From the NCBI GenBank assembly GCA_902539295.1, contig CACBIM010000003.1, positions 62,905-126,904 of the forward strand: a stretch of DNA of 64,000 nucleotides. Reading direction: 5' to 3'. Positions 49,835-60,423 of this stretch are shown piece by piece (within the stretch, counting starts at the first letter, position 1; each line of letters opens with the position of its first letter). Source of the DNA: an uncultured SAR116 cluster alpha proteobacterium. Lineage in GTDB: Bacteria > Pseudomonadota > Alphaproteobacteria > Puniceispirillales > GCA-002684695. A model generated the notes under the pieces. It made no database searches. It had not been told where the DNA came from and was given only the letters and a program-made list of their open reading frames with translations. The position numbers were made by a program, and so were the translations under genes.

Positions 49835-51887
49835 TTTTCAATCTGACAATAAAAAAAAGATGATTGAAAAAGAGTGGACCGACTTAAATAGTAAGATTAA
49901 GAAGCATAACTACCTTTACCACGGATTAGATCAACCTGAAATTTCAGATTTAGAATACGATAAAATCAAATTAAGACTAATTAATCTAGAAAAGAAATAT
50001 TCTTTTCTTGAAAATAGCAAAAGTATTTTAAATGAAGTTGGCTTTCAACCTTCATCAAATTTTAAAAAAGTTAAACATAAATTACCAATGCTTTCTCTTA
50101 ATAATGCATTTAATGAAAATGATGTGTTTGAATTTATAAATAGAATAAAAAGGTATCTTAATTTAAATGAAGGACAAGAGATTGAAATTTTTTCTGAACC
50201 TAAAATTGATGGTTTATCAATATCATTAAGGTATACCAATGGTCTCTTTCAACAAGCAATCACCAGAGGAGACGGTGAATTTGGTGAAGATGTTACTGAG
50301 AATGTTAGAATGGTTGATAATATTCCTAAAAGTTTAAAAAATAACTATCCAAGTGAATTAGAGGTTCGGGGAGAAATCTTTATGGAAAAAAGTGATTTTA
50401 AAACTTTGAATGAATTAAATATTACAATTGGCGAAAAAGTTTTTTCAAACCCAAGAAATGCTGCAGCTGGTTCTATTCGTCAAAAAGATTCAAATATCAC
50501 AAAAGGAAGAAATTTAAAATTTTTCGCCTATGCAATTGGTTTTTCATCATCTGAAATTGCTAAAAACCAATCAGAACTTTTACACATATTGAAAGTTTTA
50601 GGATTTAAAACTAATGAATTATCAAAGAAGAACAGGAATTTAAAAGAACTAAATGAAAATTTTAAAAATATTGAGATGCTTAGAGCTAATTTAGATTATG
50701 ATATTGATGGTGTTGTACATAAAGTTAATGATTTCAAATGGCAAGCTAGATTAGGAAATATTTCAAATTCTCCAAGATGGGCAATTGCACAAAAGTTAGC
50801 TTCTAAAAAAGCACAGACAAGGGTAATTGCAATTGATGTTCAAGTTGGAAGAACAGGAGCAATTACACCAGTAGCTCGCTTAAGTCAAGTAACAGTTGGA
50901 GGTGTTGTAGTGTCAAATGCAACACTTCATAACGAAGACGAAATAAAAAGAAAAGATATTAGAGTTGGTGACTATGTAATTATTGAAAGAGCTGGTGATG
51001 TAATCCCACATATACTTGAAGTAATTAAAGAAAAGAGAAATAATAATAGTCAAAAATATGTTTTTCCTAATGAATGCCCCTCATGTAAAGAACCATTAAT
51101 AAAGTCTGAAAAAGATGCGGTAATTCGTTGCGCAAATGAAAATAATTGTGAAAGCCAGTTAATAGAAAAGATTAAGCATTTTATTTCACGTGATGCAATG
51201 AACATTGAGGGCCTTGGTGAAAAACAAATTGAAAGTTTTTTCAAAAAAGGAATTCTTAACTCGATTTCAGATATTTATAATTTATATAAATTTAAAGAAA
51301 ATCTTATAAAAGAAAAAGGCTATGGTGAAAAATCTATTGGAAATTTACTTCAGTCTATTGAAAATTCAAAAAATAACTACCTTGATAAATTCATTTTTAG
51401 TCTTGGAATAAGGCATGTTGGAAAAAAAACATCTAAAATACTTGCATCAAATTTCAACTCGATTAAAGAGATTATAGACAATTTTGATGAGACTATTGAT
51501 CAAAATGAGCCAGATAAAATATTAGAAATTGATCAAATAGGTGAGAAAAGTTTAAGAGAATTAAAAGTCTATTTTAGTAATAAATTCAATATAAATTTAA
51601 TAAATAATTTGCTTAACTATTTTAATCCTAAACCACTTGAGAAAACAAAAGCTGAAGGAAAATTATCGGGTAAGAAAATAGTTTTTACAGGAACATTAAG
51701 AAGCATATCTCGTGCAGAAGCAAAGAATATAGCTGAAAATAATGGAGGGATTGTTATAAATTCAATTTCTAAAAACGTTGACTTTCTAATAGTAGGTGAT
51801 AGCCCAGGCTCAAAAAAAAATAAGGCACTTGAAATAGGAATTAAAATTTTGTCTGAGGATGAATGGCTTTCTCTAATAGAGAGCTAA
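49827..51887 (+). CDS. ligA: NAD-dependent DNA ligase
   Basis: PMLSL-N, EPKIDG, TRGDG--GEDVT, NPRNAAAGS, Zn finger, BRCT domain. Confidence 0.98.
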   Translation: MDNFQSDNKKKMIEKEWTDLNSKIKKHNYLYHGLDQPEISDLEYDKIKLRLINLEKKYSFLENSKSILNEVGFQPSSNFKKVKHKLPMLSLNNAFNENDVFEFINRIKRYLNLNEGQEIEIFSEPKIDGLSISLRYTNGLFQQAITRGDGEFGEDVTENVRMVDNIPKSLKNNYPSELEVRGEIFMEKSDFKTLNELNITIGEKVFSNPRNAAAGSIRQKDSNITKGRNLKFFAYAIGFSSSEIAKNQSELLHILKVLGFKTNELSKKNRNLKELNENFKNIEMLRANLDYDIDGVVHKVNDFKWQARLGNISNSPRWAIAQKLASKKAQTRVIAIDVQVGRTGAITPVARLSQVTVGGVVVSNATLHNEDEIKRKDIRVGDYVIIERAGDVIPHILEVIKEKRNNNSQKYVFPNECPSCKEPLIKSEKDAVIRCANENNCESQLIEKIKHFISRDAMNIEGLGEKQIESFFKKGILNSISDIYNLYKFKENLIKEKGYGEKSIGNLLQSIENSKNNYLDKFIFSLGIRHVGKKTSKILASNFNSIKEIIDNFDETIDQNEPDKILEIDQIGEKSLRELKVYFSNKFNINLINNLLNYFNPKPLEKTKAEGKLSGKKIVFTGTLRSISRAEAKNIAENNGGIVINSISKNVDFLIVGDSPGSKKNKALEIGIKILSEDEWLSLIES

Positions 51888-51888
51888 A

Positions 51889-53637
51889 TTATATTTTTTT
51901 TGTTTTGTTTCTTAACCACTTTCTGACATCTTGAGAAAGGAATTTTTTTAATTTTTGAAAAACTGCTTCGTGATAATCATTTAACCAATGAACTTCTTTG
52001 TTATCTAATAAATCTTTATTAATAAGTGTATTTTCGAAATGGCAAAAACTTACAGTTTCAAAACAAAAGAATTTGTTATTAATAGAATTAGAAAATTTCT
52101 TAACTAATATCAAGTTTTCCAATCTAATACCAAATTTTCGAGGTATATAGAAACCAGGTTCATTTGAAAGAAGCTGCCCTATCATTAAGACTGAATCTGA
52201 GGTTTTAGAAATAGTTGGAGGAAATTCATGAACACCTAAACAATAGCCTACTCCATGGCCTGTTCCGTGATTGTAGTCCATACCTTGTTCCCATAAAGCT
52301 TTTCTTGTAATTGCATCAATTTCATTTCCACGTGCATCTTTTCTAAAAACTAATTTTGCCAAGCATATATGGGCTTTTAAAACATAAGTGTAGTAATTTA
52401 TTATTTGACTAGATTGTTTTTCAAATGCAACAGTCCGTGTAATGTCTGTTGTTCCATTTAAATATTGGCCACCACTATCAATTAAAAATAATTTTTTTGT
52501 ATCAATTATTTTTGATTTTTTTTCATCTGGCCTGTAATGAATTATTGCTCCATTACTCCCAGTAGCTGCAATTGTCGGGAAGCTTTCACAAATAAAGTTT
52601 TTATTTTCAGCCCTAAAGTTTTTTAACTTTTCTGAAGCGTCATACTCAGTAATTTTTTGTTTTTTAATATTATTTTCAATCCAGTAAAAAAAATTAGCTA
52701 AGGCAACTCCATCTGATATATGGCAACGTCTAATGTGCTGTATTTCTTTATTATGTTTGATAGTAGCCTTCTCTTGCAGGAATGAGAAACTATTTTCGAC
52801 TTTTGCGCTTATATGTTTTAACTTATTATAAATAATTGATGGGCAATTTTTGTTGTTTATTGCAACATTTTTATTCTTAAATTTAGATAAATATTGCTCC
52901 AGTTTATAAAATAAATGATTACGAAGATTACCTTTGATATATTTTATATCACATTGAGAAAAAATGTTTAAATCACCATTTTTTTCTACTACTAAAAATC
53001 CTAAAAAAAATGGTGTATATTTTAGGTTATTTCCTCTAATGTTCAGAAGCCAACAAACTTGATTAGGTTGGGTAATTATTAATGCATCGAGGTCTCTCAA
53101 CTGCATTTCAGCCAATAAGTCATTTACTTTATTTTTTGCGTTAACTGCAAAATAATTATCTTTCCACCTTACTGGTTCTTTCTGAGTAATCTTTGGTCTA
53201 TTTATCCATATCTGATCAACTAAATTTTTTTTATCCAACTTTATTGCTATATCTTTGATTTTAACTTGTTCACTTAATTTTTGAAATGCACTTGCAGTAA
53301 CTAGCCATGGGTCAAAGCCAATATTCTGACCTGCGTTTAAATGATCTGTAACCCAATCTATCCAGTTATTTGAATGCAATGGATGTATTTCCCATGATTT
53401 ATTTAATTGTACTTTAGCTTGGAGTGTATATCGTCCATCAGTAAATAAAATAGCTTTTTTCAAAGTAATAACAGCAATTCCTGCAGAACCAGTAAAACCA
53501 GATAAAAATTTTAATCTTGCATCATAATCTGGAACCTCCTCTCCACCATACATATCACTTCTAGGCTGTATATAAGCATCTAGGTTATTAAGCTTTAAAG
53601 CATTTCTAAATTTACTAAGATAGGTATTTTGTTTCAT
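51889..53637 (-). CDS. Aminopeptidase P family (M24B) protein
   Basis: SGFTGSAG, DGRY--QA, DSGGQY--GTTDITRT, HGTGHGVG, VHE, NEPGFY, GIRLEN. Confidence 0.93.
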   Translation of the reverse strand: MKQNTYLSKFRNALKLNNLDAYIQPRSDMYGGEEVPDYDARLKFLSGFTGSAGIAVITLKKAILFTDGRYTLQAKVQLNKSWEIHPLHSNNWIDWVTDHLNAGQNIGFDPWLVTASAFQKLSEQVKIKDIAIKLDKKNLVDQIWINRPKITQKEPVRWKDNYFAVNAKNKVNDLLAEMQLRDLDALIITQPNQVCWLLNIRGNNLKYTPFFLGFLVVEKNGDLNIFSQCDIKYIKGNLRNHLFYKLEQYLSKFKNKNVAINNKNCPSIIYNKLKHISAKVENSFSFLQEKATIKHNKEIQHIRRCHISDGVALANFFYWIENNIKKQKITEYDASEKLKNFRAENKNFICESFPTIAATGSNGAIIHYRPDEKKSKIIDTKKLFLIDSGGQYLNGTTDITRTVAFEKQSSQIINYYTYVLKAHICLAKLVFRKDARGNEIDAITRKALWEQGMDYNHGTGHGVGYCLGVHEFPPTISKTSDSVLMIGQLLSNEPGFYIPRKFGIRLENLILVKKFSNSINNKFFCFETVSFCHFENTLINKDLLDNKEVHWLNDYHEAVFQKLKKFLSQDVRKWLRNKTKKI

Positions 53638-54523
53638 TATATTTAACTTCTTTTTTTAAAATTATTGTTACCCAGCCAGATATAGATATTTTCTTATTTA
53701 AAATAATATTGAAATTTCTAAATTTACTTAAAATTATTTTTGATTGATAGTCTAGAATACCTGAAAGAACTAAGTAACCATTTTTTTTAATTTTCTTTTC
53801 TATATATTTTGCAAGTGAGCTTAGTTCTGACGTAATTATATTAGCTACAACTAAATCAAATTCTGATTTATTTTTTAAATTCAAATTTGTTTTTGGATGA
53901 ATTAGTTCAAATCTAATTTTACTTTTAAGATTGTTGTTTTTGATGTTTAATCTTGATCGTATTATTGATGTTTGATCAATATCTACACCATATATTTGAG
54001 CATTCTTCCAATATTTAGACGCACATATTGATAGTATTCCAGATCCAGTCCCAATATCTAAAAATGAATTTATTTTTATTTTTTTATTTAAAAATTTGAT
54101 GGCTTTTATACAGCCTTCAGTAGTTGGATGTGCGCCTGATCCGAATGCATCTGATGAGTTTAATCTAATTTTATTTTTCTTATATTTAATATGATCTTTA
54201 AAATGATCACCATAAAAAATAAAATCATTATATTCAACTGGCAAAAATAATTTAAAATTTTCATGTAACCAATCAATCCCACTAATATTACTTACTTTGA
54301 TTTTAATCTTTTTTTTAAATTTGTAATTTTCTATGCTTGGATTATTAAAAATTAAATTCAAAAATATCTCTTCAGTAACGTATTTATTTAAGTAAACTTT
54401 GTACTCAAAAATATTATTGCTTTCAGAATATGAAATCGCTTGAAAATTATTTAAATTTTCAATTAAATTGATTGCTTTGTCATCTAATTTTTTTGTTTCA
54501 AACTCTAATAGCCAACAAGCCAT
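53615..54523 (-). CDS. prmA: Ribosomal protein L11 methyltransferase PrmA
   Basis: AFGSG-HPTT, LDIGTGSGIL, ANI, LSGIL. Confidence 0.9.
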   Translation of the reverse strand: MACWLLEFETKKLDDKAINLIENLNNFQAISYSESNNIFEYKVYLNKYVTEEIFLNLIFNNPSIENYKFKKKIKIKVSNISGIDWLHENFKLFLPVEYNDFIFYGDHFKDHIKYKKNKIRLNSSDAFGSGAHPTTEGCIKAIKFLNKKIKINSFLDIGTGSGILSICASKYWKNAQIYGVDIDQTSIIRSRLNIKNNNLKSKIRFELIHPKTNLNLKNKSEFDLVVANIITSELSSLAKYIEKKIKKNGYLVLSGILDYQSKIILSKFRNFNIILNKKISISGWVTIILKKEVKYNETKYLS

Positions 54524-54525
54524 TA

Positions 54526-56772
54526 TTATTGTTTTTTTACAAAATTAGATTGTATTTTTTTATGCCCAGCATTGTCAAACTTAATATCCAGTTTGTCATC
54601 ATTGATATTTATAACATTTCCCATTCCAAATTTAACATGAAAAACCCTTTCACCTTTTACAAATTTATTTATTTGAAAATCATTTTCAGAATTTTTTTGT
54701 AATTGAGGTAAATTTTTATCTATGACATTATTTATTTGAAGTTCTGACATTCTTTTCCAGCCAGGTCCATAACCTTGGTTTTTAAATTTTTGAGTATAAT
54801 CATATGAAACATTTTCATCATATAAAGAGTATGCTGAGTAATCATCAGCATCAATCTTATTAGTTATATCTTTTGGCAATTCTTTTAGAAAGCGTGATGG
54901 TAAGGATGACATCCATATTCCGTTAATTCTTCTATTTGATGCATATGAAAAGAATAGTTCTTTTTTTGCACGCGTTATACCAACATAAGCTAACCTTCTC
55001 TCTTCCTCCAGACCATCTTCACCTCCCTGCTCTAAACTCCTAAATGAGGGGAAAAGACCATCTTCCCAACCTGGTAAAAAAACTACCTGGTATTCACTTC
55101 CTTTTGCTGCATGAAGTGTCATTAAAGTAACTTCTCCGAGTTCATTACCTACATCATTATCAGTCATAAGGGAGACGTGCTGAAGGAAGCCTTCTAAGGT
55201 ATCAAACTCAGATATTACTTCTAATAATTCTTTTAGGTTGCTTATTCTTGTTTCAGCCTCTTCTGATTTTTCATTTTTCCACATTTCATAATATGATGAC
55301 TCTTCTAATACCTGATCAAGAATATCCATTGGCTTTTTTTCATTCTTTAGAAGCTTCCATTTTTTAATTTGATTTATAAATTGAATAATTTTTTCTACTG
55401 TACGATTATTAAAAATTTCAGAGTTAACTATATTTTCAGCAGAATGAAAAAGTTGCATGTCATTTTGTCTTCCATGCTCTGAAAGTTTTTTAATTGTTGT
55501 AGGGCCAATACCTCTTCGTGGAGTATTAATAATACGTTCAAATGCAAGATCATCTAATGGATTACAAAGAACTCTGACATATGCTATCGCATCCCTTATT
55601 TCTTGACGATCATAAAATTTAGTACCAATAACCCTGTAAGGCAAACCTATTGAAATAAATCGTTCCTCGATGGCTCTGAGCAATGAAAAAGTTCTTACTA
55701 AAACAGCAATTTCGGTGAGATGAACTTTATCTCTTATTTTATCTTCAATTATCTCTCCAATTTTTCTAGCTTCGTCAGAGCTATCATAAGAGTTAAAAAT
55801 TTCCACATCCTGATCAATATTGTTTTCAGTCCAAAGATCTTTACCAAGTCTATTTGTATTATTTTTTATTAAACAATTTGCAACATCTAGAATTTTATTA
55901 GTGGATCTGTAATTTTGCTCAAGTCTTATAACTTTTGAGTTTTCAAAGTCATTGGAAAAGTTCAGAATATTTTTTACTTCAGCGCCTCTCCATCCATAAA
56001 TAGATTGGTCATCATCTCCTACGCAGCAAATATTATTATGCTTTGAGCAGAGTAATCTTATCCATAAATATTGAGCAGTATTAGTGTCTTGATATTCATC
56101 AATAAGAATATGTGTGATTTTAGATTGCCATTTTAAAAGAACATCGCTGTTCATTTGAAGGAGCTCCAATGGATGCAATAGTAAATCTCCAAAATCAACA
56201 CAATTACTCTTTAAAAGTCTTTGTTGATATTCAATATAAATGTCTTTGATTAATCCATTTGAATGTTCAAAAATATGATTGTCTGTAATTTTACTTGGAG
56301 TTAAACCCTTATCTTTCCAGCTACTTATAATATTTAAAAAGTATTTAGCTGGCCATCTTTTATCATCAACATCTTTTGCACTAATAATTTGTTTCAAAAG
56401 TTTAACTTGATCTTCAACATCAATTATAGTGAAGTTGCTTTTTAAACCAATGAGTTCACAGTGCTGTCGAAGCATTCTTGCACCTAAAGAATGAAAAGTA
56501 CCCATAAGAACTTGCTCAGAGGAAGGGCCTATTATTCTCCCAACTCGGTCTTTCATCTCTCTCGCAGCTTTATTGGTAAATGTAACAGCCATGATATTCC
56601 AAGGCTTTGATTTACCAGTGACTAGTAAATGAGCAATTCTTGTCGTTAAAACTCTAGTTTTTCCTGTGCCAGCACCAGAGAGAACTAATACTGGACCGTC
56701 AAGCGTTTCTACAGCAATTCGTTGCTGTTTATTTAAGCCTTGAAGGTAATTATATTGATTTGAATGGAGCAT
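54526..56772 (-). CDS. uvrD: ATP-dependent DNA helicase UvrD/PcrA
   Basis: GAGTGKT, TFTNKAA, DEYQDTN, VGDDDQSIYGWRGA, LEQNYRST, EERRLAYVGITRA; C-terminal Tudor-like domain. Confidence 0.96.
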   Translation of the reverse strand: MLHSNQYNYLQGLNKQQRIAVETLDGPVLVLSGAGTGKTRVLTTRIAHLLVTGKSKPWNIMAVTFTNKAAREMKDRVGRIIGPSSEQVLMGTFHSLGARMLRQHCELIGLKSNFTIIDVEDQVKLLKQIISAKDVDDKRWPAKYFLNIISSWKDKGLTPSKITDNHIFEHSNGLIKDIYIEYQQRLLKSNCVDFGDLLLHPLELLQMNSDVLLKWQSKITHILIDEYQDTNTAQYLWIRLLCSKHNNICCVGDDDQSIYGWRGAEVKNILNFSNDFENSKVIRLEQNYRSTNKILDVANCLIKNNTNRLGKDLWTENNIDQDVEIFNSYDSSDEARKIGEIIEDKIRDKVHLTEIAVLVRTFSLLRAIEERFISIGLPYRVIGTKFYDRQEIRDAIAYVRVLCNPLDDLAFERIINTPRRGIGPTTIKKLSEHGRQNDMQLFHSAENIVNSEIFNNRTVEKIIQFINQIKKWKLLKNEKKPMDILDQVLEESSYYEMWKNEKSEEAETRISNLKELLEVISEFDTLEGFLQHVSLMTDNDVGNELGEVTLMTLHAAKGSEYQVVFLPGWEDGLFPSFRSLEQGGEDGLEEERRLAYVGITRAKKELFFSYASNRRINGIWMSSLPSRFLKELPKDITNKIDADDYSAYSLYDENVSYDYTQKFKNQGYGPGWKRMSELQINNVIDKNLPQLQKNSENDFQINKFVKGERVFHVKFGMGNVININDDKLDIKFDNAGHKKIQSNFVKKQ

Positions 56773-56878
56773 TTTAAGATATTGAGAAATTTAAACCGTC
56801 TTTGAAAAAAGATATTATTACATTGTATATTAATCCTAAATTACTTGTAATAAATTTTCTATATATTAAGTTTTATTT

Positions 56879-57637
56879 ATGCAATTTTCTTTATTAAAAA
56901 AATTATTAATAATATTATCAATGGTTTTCTTTTCTTCATGTAGCCTAAATAATACTAATAACTTGTCAAACGCTTGGGACCCAATTGAACCTGTAAACAG
57001 AGCTGTTTTTTCATTTAATATGTTTGTTGATACTTATACTCTTGAACCAATTGCAAAAGCATATGACTATGTTATGCCAGAATTTGCGACTAATGCATTA
57101 AGCAATCATTTTGATTGGATTAAAACTCCTCTGAGTGCATTTAACTCTTTGCTTCAAGGAAAGGGTGATGAAGCTTTTGACTTAATTACTAGCTTTAGTG
57201 TAAATATTTTAACTCTTGGTTTTTATGATCTTACTGGCAATAATGAAATTAAAACTTACGAAGATTTTGATCAAACTTTAGGTACTTATAAAATTGCCTC
57301 AGGACCATATGTAATGCTTCCTTTTATTGGTCCTAATACGTTTAGAGGTTTAGTAGGGACAGTATTAGACGGACTTGTTGATCCCTTAAATCTTTTAGGT
57401 ACAGAAAAAGTTGTAAAATTGAATTCTGCGGAACTTCCTTTGAAAGCAATTAATACAAGAGCAGAGTATATGGAACAAATAAATGAACTAAAGTATAATA
57501 GCCTCGACGCATATTCAGTATTTAGATCTGTTTACTTTCAAAAATTGCTATCTGATACTAATGATGAACTTTCACATGATAATAATACAGATTTAAATAG
57601 TGGTGCAGTAGATGCTTTTTTTATACAAAATCAGTAA
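56879..57637 (+). CDS. mlaA: MlaA/VacJ lipoprotein
   Basis: Lipobox FSSC, DP-EP-NR--F-FN, EDFDQTLG, GPY-MLPF-GP---R. Confidence 0.9.
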   Translation: MQFSLLKKLLIILSMVFFSSCSLNNTNNLSNAWDPIEPVNRAVFSFNMFVDTYTLEPIAKAYDYVMPEFATNALSNHFDWIKTPLSAFNSLLQGKGDEAFDLITSFSVNILTLGFYDLTGNNEIKTYEDFDQTLGTYKIASGPYVMLPFIGPNTFRGLVGTVLDGLVDPLNLLGTEKVVKLNSAELPLKAINTRAEYMEQINELKYNSLDAYSVFRSVYFQKLLSDTNDELSHDNNTDLNSGAVDAFFIQNQ

Positions 57638-58259
57638 AACATCTTTTATTTTATTAGTTTATTTCCTTGCAGCTTTCTTATTTGCATCAGTAACATTTAC
57701 AAACTTAAAAGCTGATACAAAATTGTTTAATGAGGCTCAATATCATGTTGAAACAATGATGCAAGATATACAGTTTTTACTTGAGGTAGGTAAAACTGAT
57801 GCTGATCAGGGTAGAGTATTGTTAACTAAACTGCTGGATGAATATTTTGATTCTATTCAAATAGCAAAATTTTCGTCAATGCCAGCATGGAGAAAAGCAA
57901 CAACTCATGAAAAGGAAGAATTTATTGCCCTATTTGAAAAATATCTAGTTAATTTAGCAGCTAAGAGATTTGATGAATTTAAAGATGTTGAATATATAAT
58001 TTCTAAAATTGAACAGAGAGGTAGCAAGATGCTGCTTGTTGACGGCCACATAAAAGCGCCTGGAAATAAAAGAGATAATACTCAAGTATCTTGGCGATTA
58101 TTATTGAATGAAGACAATAAAATGAGTATCATTGATATAGAAATTGCAAAAATATCTATGATAGTTGCACAAAACGATGAATTCACTTCTATTATAAGAA
58201 ATAATAAAGGTAAATTCTCATCATTAATTGATGTCTTAAAGAAAGAATTATCTAATTAA
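57612..58259 (+). CDS. mlaC: MlaC/Ttg2D phospholipid-binding periplasmic protein
   Basis: FD---IA, W----...F--LF--YL, V-WRL, I-D----ISM------EF; follows mlaA. Confidence 0.82.
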   Translation: MLFLYKISKTSFILLVYFLAAFLFASVTFTNLKADTKLFNEAQYHVETMMQDIQFLLEVGKTDADQGRVLLTKLLDEYFDSIQIAKFSSMPAWRKATTHEKEEFIALFEKYLVNLAAKRFDEFKDVEYIISKIEQRGSKMLLVDGHIKAPGNKRDNTQVSWRLLLNEDNKMSIIDIEIAKISMIVAQNDEFTSIIRNNKGKFSSLIDVLKKELSN

Positions 58260-58269
58260 TACAATTTTG

Positions 58270-59946
58270 TTATCTTGAAATAGGTTTGTACTTTATTCTT
58301 GTAGGCTCATTAGTATCTGCACCTAAACGTAATTTTTTGTCTTGTTCATATGCTTTATAATTGCCCTCAAACCATTCAACATGACTATCACCTTCAAAAG
58401 CCAGTATATGTGTTGCCACTCTATCTAAAAACCACCTATCATGACTTATTATCACAGCGCATCCAGCAAACTCTAATAAAGCATTTTCTAAGGACCTTAA
58501 AGTATCAACATCTAGATCATTAGTTGGTTCATCTAAAAGCAAAAGATTTGCTCCCATTTTTAAAACTTTTGCCAAGTGCACCCTATTTCTTTCTCCACCA
58601 GAAAGCTGATTAACTCTTTTTTGCTGGTCAGTACTTTTAAAATTAAACAAACCAGCGTATGCCCTAGAATTCATTTTCATTGAACCAATTTCAATTTCAT
58701 CTAAACCATCAGATATTTCTTCCCATACACTTTTATTTCCATCTAGATTATCACGCGACTGATCAACGTACCCAATTTTGACTGTTTCACCTACTCTTAT
58801 ACTTCCATTATCAGGTTCTTCTTGGCCTGTAAGTAATTTAAAAAGAGTTGTTTTACCAGCTCCATTAGGACCGATAATTCCAACAATTCCAGCAGGCGGT
58901 AAATTAAATGTTAAGTTTTCAAATAATAATTTTTTTTCATAAGACTTTGTAAGATTTTTTGATTCTATTACAATATTCCCCAAACGAGGGCCTGAAGGAA
59001 TTGAGATTTGATTAATCTGATCTCTTTTTTCATTATTTTTTTTAAATAATTCATCATAAGCATTTAATCTTGCCTTTGATTTAGCTTGTCTAGCTTTTGG
59101 AGAAGATTTTACCCATTCTAATTCTTCAGAAAGTGTCTTCTGTCTTGCTATTTCAGTTTTTCCTTCTAATTCTAGACGTTTTTCTTTTTGCTCTAACCAG
59201 CCTGAGTAATTACCTTTGTAAGGAATTCCATTTCCCCTATCTAATTCTAATATCCATCCTGCAACCTCATCTAAAAAATATCTGTCATGTGTAACTGTAA
59301 TAACAGTATTCTTAAAGTCATGAAGAAAACGTTGCAGCCATGATACAGTTTCTGCGTCAAGATGATTTGTAGGTTCATCCAATAACAATATATCTGGTGA
59401 AGACAACAATAATTTGCAAAGAGCTATTCTTCTCTTTTCCCCACCGGATAAATTATTAACAGATGAATTACTAGGTGGCAGTCTTAAAGCATCCATAGCT
59501 ATTTCAGCTTTTCTTTCTAAATCCCATGCATCAAGAGCATCAATTTTTTCTTGTAATTCTGCTTGCTTATTAATTAATTCATTCATTTCTTCATCAGTTA
59601 CAACTTCTGAAAATTTTGCACTGACAGTATTAAATTCATCTACTAATTGTTTTGCTTCACCTAATCCCGACATCACATTCTCAACTACATTACACTCTTC
59701 ATTTAATATAGGTTCTTGAGGAAGATACCCTATTGAAAATCCTTCAGCTGGCCACGCCTCACCAGAAAATTCTTTATCAATGCCAGCAATTATTTTCATA
59801 AGACTAGACTTTCCGGATCCATTAATGCCTAAAACTCCAATTTTAGCTCCCGGAAGGAATGAAAGATTTATGTTCTTTAAAACCTCTTTACCTCCTGGGT
59901 AAACTTTCTTTAATTGCTGAATTGTGTAAACATACTGAACTGACAT
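58270..59946 (-). CDS. ettA: Energy-dependent translational throttle protein EttA (ABC-F)
   Basis: LSF-PGAKIGVLG-NG-GKS, two NBDs, KARQAKSKARL, HILAFEGDS. Confidence 0.95.
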   Translation of the reverse strand: MSVQYVYTIQQLKKVYPGGKEVLKNINLSFLPGAKIGVLGINGSGKSSLMKIIAGIDKEFSGEAWPAEGFSIGYLPQEPILNEECNVVENVMSGLGEAKQLVDEFNTVSAKFSEVVTDEEMNELINKQAELQEKIDALDAWDLERKAEIAMDALRLPPSNSSVNNLSGGEKRRIALCKLLLSSPDILLLDEPTNHLDAETVSWLQRFLHDFKNTVITVTHDRYFLDEVAGWILELDRGNGIPYKGNYSGWLEQKEKRLELEGKTEIARQKTLSEELEWVKSSPKARQAKSKARLNAYDELFKKNNEKRDQINQISIPSGPRLGNIVIESKNLTKSYEKKLLFENLTFNLPPAGIVGIIGPNGAGKTTLFKLLTGQEEPDNGSIRVGETVKIGYVDQSRDNLDGNKSVWEEISDGLDEIEIGSMKMNSRAYAGLFNFKSTDQQKRVNQLSGGERNRVHLAKVLKMGANLLLLDEPTNDLDVDTLRSLENALLEFAGCAVIISHDRWFLDRVATHILAFEGDSHVEWFEGNYKAYEQDKKLRLGADTNEPTRIKYKPISR

Positions 59947-59962
59947 CGAAAACCTTTAGATA

Positions 59963-60346
59963 TTATTTTAATTTATTGAACTTAACTACATTTGAATTTT
60001 GTAGTTTAATTATTTTAATTTTATTATTTTTAGTAATAGTAATCAAAGAAGATGATAAGTTATCTTCTGTAAATATTAGTATATTTTCATTATCAAAAGC
60101 AACAGACTTGATTGATTTAATATTAGGTAATTTTAGTATATATTCAGAGTGAAAGTCATCTGAAGTATTAGTAAATTCAGTATTATTCTTATTTAAGTCT
60201 CCTCTTAAAATCTTTAATACTATAATAGAAATCATTATAAAGATTGCCAATCCAAGAACTATAACGATAACTTTTAAAAAATTAATATTTAGTCTAGGGT
60301 ATAGTTCAGCTGATTTATTTTGGTCATTGGTTTTTTTGTTGTTCAT
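59963..60346 (-). CDS. Hypothetical single-pass membrane protein
   Basis: LK--VIVLG-AI TM helix followed by a small beta domain; divergent from rluD; start uncertain (60346 or 60364). Confidence 0.6.
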   Translation of the reverse strand: MNNKKTNDQNKSAELYPRLNINFLKVIVIVLGLAIFIMISIIVLKILRGDLNKNNTEFTNTSDDFHSEYILKLPNIKSIKSVAFDNENILIFTEDNLSSSLITITKNNKIKIIKLQNSNVVKFNKLK

Positions 60347-60423
60347 ATGAATTATATTCCTCAAACTTAAATATTATTAGCAAAAGTATTAGTATTATTG
60401 AAGTTATATTTAAGAGATAATAA